Shown here piece by piece: positions 28,301-40,944 of a stretch of DNA of 64,000 nt. Both the position numbers and the translations under genes were made by a program. The DNA is from the human T2T-CHM13v2.0 reference genome, Homo sapiens. The stretch is taken from assembly GCF_009914755.1 (NCBI RefSeq), contig NC_060933.1. One strand, written 5' to 3'. Below the pieces are notes generated by a model, which saw only the letters and a list, made by a program, of their open reading frames with translations, searched no databases and had not been told where the DNA came from. Every line of letters starts with the position of its first letter. The first letter of the stretch is position 1.

Positions 28301-31300
28301 CTCGGGTTGATTCCATTCCTTTCCATTCCATTCGTGTTGAATCCATTCCATTCCATTCCATTACTTTCGATTCCATTCCATTGCACTCGGGTTGAACCCA
28401 TTCCATTGGATTCCATTCCATTCCATTGCATTCCATTCCGTTCCATTCCATTCCATTACATTCGTTTTGATTCTATTCAATTCCCTTACACTCCATTCCA
28501 TTCCATTCCATTCCATTCGGGTTGTTTCCATTCCATTCCATTCCATTCCACTCCATTCCATTGCAATCGGGTTGATTCCATTCCATTCCATTCCATTCCA
28601 TTCCGTATGATTCCATTCCATTGCATTCCATTCCATTCCATTCCCCTGCACTCGGGTGGATTCCATTCTATTCCATTCCATTCCATTCCACTCTATTCCA
28701 TTCCATTCCATTCCATTCCATTCCATTCCATTCTATTCGGGTGAATTTCATTCCATTCCATTCCATTCCATTCCATTCCATTCCATTCCATTCCATTCCA
28801 TTGAAATCGAGTTGATTCCATTTCATTCCATTCCATTCCATTCCATTCCATTCCATTCCATTCCATTGCATTCTATTCCGGTTAATTCCATTCCATTCCA
28901 TTCCATTCCGTTCCCTTCCATTCCATTCCATTCCATTCTATTAGGGTTAATTCCATTCCATTCCATTCCTTTACATTCCATTGCAATCGAGTTGATTCCA
29001 TTCCATTCCATTCCATTCCATTCAATTCCGGATGATTGCATTCCATTGCCTTCCATTCCATTCCATTCCCCTGCACTCGGGTTGATTCCATTCCATTCCT
29101 TTCCATTCCATTCCATTCCATTCCATTCCATTCCATTTCGTTTCATTCCGTTCTATTCCGTACCATTCCATTCCATTCCATTCCATTTCATTCCATTCCA
29201 TTCCATGCCATTCCACTCGGGTTGATTCCATTCCTTTCCATTCCATTCGACTTGAATCCATTCCATTCCATTCCATTCCATTCGATTCTATTCCATTGCA
29301 CACGGGTTCATTCCATTCCATTCCATTCCTTTCCATTCCATTCCATTGCACACGGGTTCATTCCATTCCATTCCATTCCATTACATTACATTCCATTTCG
29401 TTCCATTCCATTCTATTCCGTACCATTCCATTCCATTCCATTCCATTCCATTCCATTCCACTCCATTCCATGCCATTCCACTCGGGTTTATTCCATTCCT
29501 TTCCATTCCATTCGGGTTGAATCCATTCCATTCCATTCCATTCCATTCCATTCAATTCCATTACATAGCACTCGGATTGATTCCATTGCATTCCATTCCA
29601 TTCCATTGCATTCCATTCCATTCCATTCCATTCCATTGCATTCCATTCCATGCCATTCCACTCGGGTTGATTCCATTCCTTTCCATTCCATTCGAGTTGA
29701 ACCCATTCCATTCCATTCCATTCCATTCCATTCCATTGCAATCGAATTGATTCCATTCCATTCCATTCCATTCCATTCCATTCCATTCCATTCCAGCCAT
29801 TCCACTCGGGTTGATTCCATTGCTTTCCATTCGATTTGGGTTGAATCCAATCCATTCCATTCCATTCAATTCCATTCCTTTCCATTGCACTAGGTTTGAT
29901 TCCATTCCACAGCATTCCATTCCATTCCATTCCATTCCATTGCATTCCATTCCATTCCATTCCATTCCATTCCATTCCATTCCATTCCTCTCCACTCCAT
30001 GCCATTCCACTCCGGATTAATCCATTCCTTTCCATTCCATTCGGGTTGAATCCATTCCATTCCATTCCATTCCACTCAATTCCATTACATTGCACTCGGG
30101 ATGATTCCATTCCATTCCATTCCATTCCATTCCATTCCATTCCATTCCATTCCATTTCGTTCTTTTCCATTCTATTCCGTACCATTCCATTCCATTCCTT
30201 TGCATTCCATGCCATTCCACTCGGGTTTATTCCATTCATTTTCATTCCATTCGGGTTGAATCCATTCCATTCCATTCCATTCCATTCCATTCCATTCCAT
30301 TCCATTCCATTGCACTAGGTTTGATTCCATTCCACTGCATTCCATTCTATTCCATTCCATTCCATTCCGTTCCATTCCATTCCATTACATTCGGTTTGAT
30401 TGTATTCAATTCCCTTACACTCCATTTCAATCCATTCCATTCAGGTTGTTTCCATTCCATTCCAATCCATTCCACTCCATTCCATTGCACTCGGGTTGAT
30501 TGCATTCCATTCCATTCCACTCTACTCCATTTCTTTCCATTCCATTCTATTCGGTAGCATTCCATTCCATTCCATTCCAATCCATTCCATTCCATGCCAT
30601 TCCACTTGGGTTGATTCCCTTCCTTTCCATTCCATTCGGGTTGAATCCATTCCATTCCATTCCATTCCATTTCATTCCATTCCATTCCTTTCAATTCCAT
30701 TGCACACGGGTTGGTTCCATTCCATTCCTTTCCGTTCCATTCCGGATGACTCCATTCCATTGCATACCATTCCATTCCATTCCCCTGCACTCGGGTTCAT
30801 TACCTTCCATTCCATTTACTTCCATTCCATTCCATTCCATTCTATTCGGGTTAATTCCATTCCATTCCATTGCATTCCATTCCATTCCATTCCATTCCAT
30901 TCCATTCCATTCCATTCCATTCCATTGCAATCGAGTTGATTCCATTCCATTCCATTCAATTCCGGATGATTCCATTCCATTGCCTTCAATTCCATTCCAT
31001 TCCCCTGCACTCGGTTTGATTCCATTCCATTCCATTCCATTCCATTCCATTTCGTTCCATTCCATTCTATTCCGTACCATTCCATTCTATTCCATTCCAT
31101 TCCATTCCACTCCACTCTATGCCATTCCACTCGGGTTTATTCCATTCCTTTCCATTCCATTCGGGTTGAATCCATTCCATTCCATTCCATTCCATTCGAT
31201 TCCATTACATTGCACTCGGGTTGATTCCATTGCATTCCATTCCATTACATTCCATTGCATTCCATTCCATTCCATTCCCCTGCACTCAGGTTGATTCCAT

Positions 31301-32399
31301 TCGATTCCTTTCCATTCCATTCCATTCGGGTTGTTTCCATTCCATTCCATTCCATTCCACTCCATTCCATTGCAATCGGGTTCATTCCATTCCATTCCAT
31401 TGCATTCCATTCCATTCCATTCCATTCCGTATGATTCCATTCCATTGCCTTCCATTCCATTCCATTCCCCTGCACTCGGTTGGATTACATTCTATTCCAT
31501 TCCATTCCATTCCATTCCATTCCATTCCATTCCATTCTATTCGGGTTAATTTCATTCCATTCCATTCCATTCCCTTCCATTCCATTCCATTCCATTCCAT
31601 TCCATTCCATTCCATTGAAATCGAGTTGATTCCATTCCATTCCATTCCATTCCATTCCATTCCATTCCATTCCATTCTATTCGGGTTAATTCCATTCCAT
31701 TCCATTCCATTCCATTCCCTTCCATTCCATTCCATTCCATTCCATTCCATTCTATTAGGGTTAATTCCATTCCATTCCATTCCATTCCATTCCATTCCAC
31801 TCCATTCCATGCCGTTCCACTCGGGTTTATTCCATTCCTTTCCATTCCATTTGGGTTGAATCCATTCCATTCCATTCCATTCCATTCCATTCCATTCCAT
31901 GCCATTGCACTCGGGTTGATTCCATTCCTTTCCATTCCGTTCGAATTGAACCCATTCCATTCCATTCCATTCCATTCCATTCCATTGATCACGGGTTCAT
32001 TCCATTCCATTCCATTCCATTCCATTCCATTCCATTTCGTTCCATTCCATTCTACTCCGTACCATTCCATTCCATTCCATTCCCTTCCATGCCATTTCAC
32101 TCGGGTTTATTCCATTCCTTTCCATTCCATTCGGGTTGAATCCATTCCATTCCATTCCATTCCATTCCATTCCATTCCATTCCATTCCATTGCGCTCGGG
32201 TTGATTCCATTCCATTCTATGCCATTCCATTTCATTCCATTCCATTCCATTCCATTCCATTCCATTCCTTTCCTTTCAAATCCATTCCATTACATTCGGA
32301 TTGATTCTTTTTAATTCCCTTACACTCCATTACATTCCATTCCATTCGGGTACTTTCCATTCCATTGCATTCCATTCCACTGCATTCTATTGCACTCGC

Positions 32400-35300
32400 G
32401 TTGATTGATTCCATTCCATTGCATTCCATTCCATTCCATTCCATTCCATTCCATTCCATTCCATTCCATTCCATTCCATTCCATTCCATTCCATTCTGTT
32501 CAGGTTAATTCCATTCCATTCCATTCCCTTCCATTCCATTCCATTCCATTCTATCCCATTGCAATCGAGGTGATTCCATTGCATTCCATTCCATTCCATT
32601 CCATTGCATTCCATTCCATTCCATTCCCCTGCACTCAGATTGATTCCATTCCATTCCTTTACATTCCATTCCGTTCCATTCCTTTCCATTCCATTCTCTT
32701 TGCGTTAATTCCGTTCCATTCCATTCCATTACATTCCTTTGCAATCGAGTTCATTCCATTCCATTCCGTTCCATTCCATTCCATTCCATTCCATTCCATG
32801 CCATTCCACTCGGGTTGATTCCATTCCTTTCCATTCCATTCCATTCCATTCCATTCCATGCCATTCCACTCGGGTTGATTCCATTCCTTTCCATTCCATT
32901 CGAGTTGAATCCATTCCATTCCATTCCATTCCATTCGATTCCATTCAATTGCTCACGTGTTCATTCCATTCCATTCCATTCCATTCCATTCCATTACATT
33001 TCGTTCCATTCCATTCTCTTCCGTAGTATTCCATTCCATTCCATTCCACTCCATTCCATGCCATTCCACTCGGGTTTATTCCATTCCTTCCCATTCCATT
33101 CGGGTTGAATTCATTCAATTCCATTCCATTCCATTCCATTCAATTCCATTACATTGCACTCGGGTTGATTCCATTCCATTCCATTCCATTTCAATCCATT
33201 CCCTTCCATTCCATTTCATTCCATTCCATTCCATTCCATTCCATTCCATTCCATTCCTTTCCATTCCATTCCATGCCATTCCACTCGGGTTGATTCCATT
33301 CCTTTCCATTCCATTCTAGTTGAACCCATTCCATTCCATTCCATTCCATTCCATTCCATTCCATTCCATTGCACACGGGTTCATTCCATTACATTCCATT
33401 CCATTCCATTCCATTCCATTCCATTTCATTCCATTCCATTCTATTCCTTACCATTCCATTCCATTCCATTCCCTTCCATGCCATTTCACTCGGGTTTATT
33501 CCATTCCTTTCCATTCCATTCGGGTTGAATCCATTCCATTCCATTCCATTCCATTCCATTGAACTCAGGTTGATTCCATTCCATTCCATGCCATTCCATT
33601 TCATTCCATTCCATTCCATTCCATTCCATTCCATTCCATTCCGTTCCCTTCCATTCCATTACATTCGGATTGATTCTTTTTAATTCCCTTACACTCCATT
33701 ACATTCCTTTCCATTCGGGTACTTTCCATTCCATTCCATTCCATTCCACTGCATTCTATTGCACTCGGGTGGATTGATTCCATTCCATTGCATTCCATTC
33801 CATTCCATTCCCCTGCAATCGGGTTGATCCCATTCCATTGCATTCCATTCCATTCCATTCCATTCCATTCCGTTCCATTCCATTCCATTCCATTCTCTTC
33901 AGCTTAATTCCATTCCATTCCATTCCCTTCCATTCCGTTCCATTCCATTCCATTCCATTCTGTTCAGGTTAATTCCATTCCATTCCATTCCCTTCCATTC
34001 CATTCCATTCCATTCCATCCCATTACAATCTAGTTGATTCCATTGCATTCCATTCCATTCCATTCCATTCCATTGCATTCCATTCCATTCCATTCCCCTG
34101 CACTCAGATTGATTCCATTCCATCCCATTCCATTCCATTCTGTTCCATTACATTCCATTCCATTCTATTCGCGTTAATTCCATTCCATTCCATTCCATTA
34201 CATTCCATTGCAATCGAGGTGATTCCATTCCATTCCGTTCCATTCCATTCCATTCCATTCCATTTCATTCCATTCCATTCTATTCTGTACCATTCCATTC
34301 CATTCCATTCCATTCCATTCCATTCCATGCCATTCCACTCGGGTTGATTCCATTGCTTTCCATTCCATTTGGGTTGAATCCAATCCATTCCATTCCATTC
34401 CATTCCATTCCATTCCATTTGATTCCATTCCATTCCATTCCATTCCATTGCACTAGGTTTGATTCCATTCCACTGCATTCCATTCCATTCCATTCCGTTC
34501 CATTCCATTCCATTCCATTCGGATTGATTGTATTCAATTCCCTTACACTCCATTACATTCCATTCCATTCGGGTTGTTTCCATTCCATTACATTCCATTC
34601 CACTCCATTCCATTGCACTCAGGTTGAATCCATTCCATTCCATTCCATTCCATTCCATTCCATTCCATTTCTTTCCATTCCATTCTATTCCATACCATTC
34701 CATTCCATTCCATTCCATTCCATTCCATGCCATTCCACTCAGGTTTATTCCATTCCTTTCCATTCCATTCGGGTTGAATCCATTCCATTCCATTCCATTC
34801 CATTCCATTCCATTCCTTTGCACTCGGGTTGATTCCATTCCATTCCCTGCCATTCCATTTCATTCCATTCCATTCCATTCCATTCCATTCCATTCCACTG
34901 CATTCTATGGCACTCGGGTTGATTGATTCCATTCCATTGCATTCCATTCCATTGTATTCCATTCCATTCCATTCTGTTCAGGTTAATTCCATTCCATTCC
35001 ATTCCCTTCCATTCCATTCCATTCCATTCCATCCCACTGCAATCGAGGTGATTCCATTGCATTCCATTCCATTCCATTCCATTGCATTCCATTCCATTGC
35101 ATTCCCCTGCACTCAGATTGATTCCATTCCATTCCTTTCCATTCCATTCCGTTCCATTCCTTTCCATTCCATTCTATTTGCGTTAATTCCGTTCCATTCC
35201 ATTCCATTACATTCCTTTGCAATCGAGTTGATTCCATTCCATTCCGTTCCATTCCATTCCATTCCATTCCATGCCATTCCACTCGGGTTGATTCCATTGC

Positions 35301-35756
35301 TTTCCATTCCATTCGAGTTGAATCCATTCCATTCCATTCTATTCCATTCGATTCCATTCAATTGCTCACGTGTTCATTCCATTCCATTCCATTCCATTCC
35401 ATTCCATTCCATTCCATTCCATTTCGTTCCATTCCATTCTCTTCCGTAGTATTCCATTCCATTCCATTCCACTCCATTCCATGCCATTCCACTCGGGTTT
35501 ATTCCATTCCTTTCCATTCCATTCGGGTTGAATTCATTCCATTCCATTCCATTCCATTCAATTCCATTACATTGCACTCGGGTTGATTCCATTCCATTCC
35601 ATTCCATTTCAATCCATTCCCTTCCATTCCATTTCATTCCATTCCTTTCCATTCCATTCCATTCCTTTCCATTCCATGCCATTCCACTCGGGTTGATTCC
35701 ATTCCTTTATATTCCCTTCTAGTTGAACCCATTCCATTCCATTCCATTGCACACGG
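32400..35756 (+). repeat. Duplicated block 32400-33377 vs 34920-35756 (offset about 2.4-2.5 kb), second copy truncated by the inversion
   Basis: ctgttcaggtta 32496/34974, aatcgaggtg 32563/35041, attgctcacgtgttca 32948/35361, cttccgtagtatt 33018/35441, tctagttgaaccc 33316/35718, gcacacgg 33371/35749. Confidence 0.85.
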
Positions 35757-35760
35757 AATG
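35746..35760. other. Inversion (strand-switch) breakpoint within the HSat3 array
   Basis: The sequence reads ...attccattgcacac GG aatggaatggaatggaaacaacccg.... The intact paralogous motif at about 33366-33387 reads ccattgcacacgggttcattcc, so left-arm identity ends at 35756. The right-arm ggaatg starts at 35755. This gives a 2-bp GG overlap with no inserted bases. Confidence 0.95.
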
Positions 35761-38700
35761 GAATGGAATGGAAACAACCCGAATGGAATGGAATGTAATG
35801 GAGTGTAAGGGAATTGAATACAATCAATCCGAATGTAATGGAATGGAATGGAACGGAATGGAATGGAATGGAATGCAGTGGAATGGAATCAAACCTAGTG
35901 CAATGGAATTTAATGGAATGGAATGGAATGGAATGGATTGGATTCAACCCAAATGGAATGGAAAGCAATGGAATCAACCCGAGTGGAATGGCATGGAATG
36001 GAATGGAATGGAATGGAATGGAATGGAATGGAATGGAATGGAATTAACCTGAACAGAATGGAAGGGAATGGAATGGAACGGAATGGAATGGAATCAACTC
36101 GATTTCAATGGAATGTAATGGAATGGAATGGAATGGAATTAACGCGAATAGAATGGAATGGAATGTAATGGAATGGAATGGAATGGAATGGGATGGAATG
36201 GAATCAATCTGAGTGCAGGAGAATGGAATGGAATGGAATGCAATGGAATGGAATGGAATGGAATGGAATGCAATGGAATCAACTAGATTGCAATGGGATG
36301 GAATGGAATAGAATGGAATGGAATGGAATGGAATGGAATGGAATGGAATTAACCTGAACAGAATGGAATGGAATGGAATGGAACGGAATGGAATGGAATG
36401 GAATGGAATGGAATGCAATGGAATGGGATCAAAGGGAGTGCAGGGGAATGGAATGGAATGGAATGTAATCTAATGGAATCAATCAACCCGAGTGCAATAG
36501 AATGCAGTGGAATGGAATGGAATGGAATGGAAAGTACCCGAATGGAATGTAATGTAATGGAGTGTAAGGGAATTAAAAAGAATCAATCCGAATGTAATGG
36601 AATGGAATTGAAAGGAAAGGAATGGAAAGGAATGGAATGGAATGGAACGGAATGAAATGGAATGGCATAGAATGGAATGGAATCAACCCGAGCGCAATGG
36701 AATGGAATGGAATGGAATGGAATGGATTCAACCCGAATGGAATGGAAAGGAATGGAATAAACCCGAGTGAAATGGCATGGAAGGGAATGGAATGGAATGG
36801 AATGGTACGGAGTAGAATGGAATGGAACGAAATGGAATGGAATGGAATGGAATGGAATGGAATGGAATGGAATGGAATGAACCCGTGAGCAATGGAATGG
36901 AATGGAATGGAATGGAATGGAAGGGAATGGAATGGGTTCAATTCGAATGGAATGGAAAGGAATGGAATCAACCCGAGTGCAATGGCATGGAATGGAATGG
37001 AATGGAATGGAATGGAATGGAATGGATTCAACCCGAATGGAATGGAAAGGAATGGAATAAACCCGAGTGGAATGGCATGGAATAGAGTGGAATGGAATGG
37101 AATGGAATGGAATGGAATGGAATGGAATAGAATTAACCCTAATAGAATGGAATGGAATGGAATGGAATGGAATGGAAGGGAATGGAATGGAATGGAATGG
37201 AATGGAATTAACACGAATAGAATGGAATGGAATGGAATGGAATGGAATGGAATGGAATCAACTCGATTTCAATGGAATGGAATGGAATGGAATGGAATGG
37301 AATGGAAGGGAATGGAATGAAATTAACCCGAATAGAATGGAATGGAATGGAATGGAATGGAATGGAAGGGAATGGAATAGAATGGAATCCAACCGAGTGC
37401 AGTGGAATGGAATGGAATGGAATGCAATGGAATGGAATCATACGGAATGGAATGGAATGGAATGGAATGGAATGAAATGGAATGGAATGCAATGGAATGG
37501 AATGGAATCAACCCGATTGCAATGGAATGGAGTGGAATGGAATGGAATGGAATGGAAACAACCCGAATGGAATGGAATGTAATGGAGAGTAAGGGAATTG
37601 AATAGAATCAATACGAATGTAATGGAATGGAATGGAACGGAATGGAATGCAATGGAATGGAATGGAATGCAATGGAATGGGATCAACCCGAGTGAAATGG
37701 AATGGAATCGAAAGGCATGGAATGGAATGGAATGGTTTCAACCCGAATGGAATGCAAAGGAATGGAATCAACCCGAGTGGAATGGAATGGAATGGAATGG
37801 AAAGGAATGGAATGGAATGGAATGGAATGGGTTCAACTCGAATGGAATGGAAAAGAATGGAATCAACCCGAGTGGAATGGCATGGAATGGAATGGAATGG
37901 AATGGAATGGAATGGAATGGAATGGATTCAACCCGAATGGAATGGAAGGGAATGGAATAAACCCGAGTGGAATGGCATGGAATGGAGTGGAATGGAATTG
38001 AATGGAAGGGAATGGTACGGAATAGAATGGAATGGAACGAAATGGAATGGAATGGAATGGAATGGAATGGAATGGAATGAACCCGTGTGCAATTGAATGG
38101 AATCGAATGGAATGGAATGCAATGGAATGGATTCAACTAGAATGGAATGGAAAGGAATGGAATCAACCCGAGTGGAATGGCATGGCATGGAATGGAATGG
38201 AATGGAATGGAAAGGAATGGTACGGAATAGAATGGAATGGAACGAAATGGAATGGAATGGAATGGAATGGAATGGAATGGAATAGAATGGAATCCACCCG
38301 ATTGCAGGGGAATGGAATGGAATGGAATGGAATGGAATGGAATGGAATGGAATGGATTCAACCCGAATGGAATGGAAAGGAATGGAATAAACTCGAGTGG
38401 ATTGGCATGGAATGGAATGGAATGGAATGGAATGGTAGGGAATAGAATGGAAAGGAACGAAATGGAATGAAATGGAATGGAATGGAATGGAATGGAATGG
38501 AATGGAATCAACCTGAGTGCAATGGAATGGAGTGGAAGGGAATGTAATGGAACGGAAACAACACGAATGGAATGGAATGTAATGGAGTGTAAAGGAATTG
38601 AATACAATCAATCCGAATGTAATGGAATGGAATGGAAAGGAATGGAATGGAATGCAATGGAATGGAATGGAATGGAATGAAATGGAATGGCAGGGAATGG

Positions 38701-40944
38701 AATGGAATCAACCCGAGTGCAATGGAATGGAATGGAATGGAATGGAATGGAATGGAATGGAATGGATTCAACCCGAATGGAATGGAAAGGAATGGAATAA
38801 ACCCGAGTGGAATGGCATGGAATGGAATGGAATGGTACGGAATAGAATGGAATGGAACGAAATGGAATGGAATGGAATGGAATGGAATGGAATGGAATGG
38901 AATGGAATGGAATCAACCTGAGTGCAATGGAATGGAATGGAATGGAATGGAATGGAATGGAATGGAATGGAAACAACCCGAATGGAATGGAATGTAATGG
39001 AGTGTAAGGAATTGAATACAATCAATCCGAATGTAATAGAATGGAATGGAACGGAATGGAATGGAATGGAATGCAGTGGAATGGAATCAAACCTAGTGCA
39101 ATGGAATGGAATGGAATGGACTGGAATGGAATGGATTGGATTCAACCCAAATGGAACGGAAAGCAATAGAATCAACCCGAGTGGAATGGCATGGAATGGA
39201 ATGGAATGGAATGGAATGCAGTGGAATGGTACGGAATAGAATGGAATGGAACGAAATGGAATGGAATGGAATGGAATGGAACGGAATGGAATGGAATCAA
39301 CTAGATTGCAATGGAATGTAATGGAATGGAATGGAATTAACGCGAATAGAACGGAATGGAATGGAATGGAACGGAATGGAATGGAATGGGATGGAATGGA
39401 ATCAATCTGAGTGCAGGGGAATGGAATGGAATGGAATGCAATGGAATGGAATCTAATGGAATGGAATGCAATGGAATGGAATGGAATGGAATGGAATGCA
39501 ATGGAATCAACACGATTGCAATTGGATGGAATGGAATGGAATGGAATTGAATGGAATGGAAGGGAATGGAATGGAATGGAATTAACCTGAACAGAATGGA
39601 ATGGAATGGAATGGAACGGAATGGAATGGAATGGAATGGAATGGAATCAACCCGATTGCAATGGAATGGAGTGGAGTGGAATGGAATGGAATGGAAACTA
39701 CCCGAATGGAATGGAATGTAATGGAGTGTAAGGGAATTGAATAGAATCAATACGAATGTAATGGAATGGAATGGAACGGAATGGAATGCAATGGAATGGA
39801 ATGCAATGCAATGGAATGGGATCAACACGAGAGTAATGGAATGGAATCGAAAGGAATGGAATGGAATGGAATGGTTTCAACCCGTATGGAATGGAAAGGA
39901 ATGGAATCATCCCGAGTGGAATGGAATGGAATGGAATGGAATGGAATGGAATGGAATGGAATGAACCCATGTGCAATGGAATGGAATCGAATGGAATGGA
40001 ATGGAATGGAATGGATTCAAGTCGAATGGAATGGAAAGGAATGGAATCAACCCGAGTGGAATGGCATGGAATGGAATGGAATGAAATGGAATGGAATGGA
40101 ATGGAATGGAATGGAATGGTACGGAATAGAACGGAATGAAACGAAATGGAATGGAATGGATTGGAATGGAAAGGAATGGAATGGAATCAACCCGAGTGCA
40201 GGGGAATGGAATGGAATGGAAGGCAATGGAATGCAATCATACGGAATTGAATGGAATGGAATGGAATGGAATGGAATCAACTCGATTGCAATGGAATGTA
40301 ATGGAATGGAATGGATTGGAATTAACCCTAATAGAATGGAATGGAATGGAATGGAAGGGAACGGAATGGAATGGAATGGAATGGAATTAACCGGAATAGA
40401 ATGCAATGGAATGGAGTGGAATGGAATGGAATGGAATGGAATGAAATGGAATCAACTCGATTTCAATGGAATGGAATGGAATGCAATGGAATGGAATGGA
40501 ATGGAATGGAATGAAATTAACCCGAATAGAATGGAATGGAATGGAATGGAATGGAATGGATTGGAATAGAGTGGAATGGAATGGAATGGAATAGAATGGA
40601 ATCCACCCGAGTGCAGGGGAATGGAATGGAATGGAATGCAATGGAATGGAATCATACGGAATAGAATGGAATGGAATGGAATGGAATCAACCTGATTGCA
40701 ACGGAATGGAGTGAAATGGAATGGAATGGAATGGAAACAACCCGAATGGAATGGAATGGAATGGAGTGTAAGGGAAGTGAATAGAATCAATTCGAATGTA
40801 ATGGAATGGAATGGAACGGAATGGAATGCAATGGAATGGAATGGAATCCAATGGAATGGGTTCAACCCGAGTGCAATGGAATGGAATCGAAAGTAATGGA
40901 ATGGAATGGAATGGATTCAACACGAATGGAATGGAAAGGAATGG

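Larger units (their letters stand above)
1..35756 (+). repeat. Satellite III (HSat3) array, C-rich (CATTC)n orientation on + strand
   Basis: Continuous CATTC pentamers with interspersed ACTCGGGTTG, ATCGAGTTG, TTCGGGTTAA and CCGGATGA spacers. A pentamer interspersed with the A(T/C)TCGGGTTG decamer is the established Sat III signature. The ATCATC/TTCGATGAT-rich 23/26-bp pattern of Sat II is not seen. Confidence 0.97.

Noticed and set aside
35700-35800. Fold-back sequencing or assembly artefact as the explanation of the switch
   Set aside because: The right arm is not the reverse complement of the adjacent left arm. It is a diverged mosaic with its own variants. Read support is still needed to exclude a misjoin.
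35609-36052. Chimeric ORFs crossing the junction (35609-35977 minus, 35723-36052 plus)
   Set aside because: They are a by-product of the strand switch and are useful only as a marker of it.
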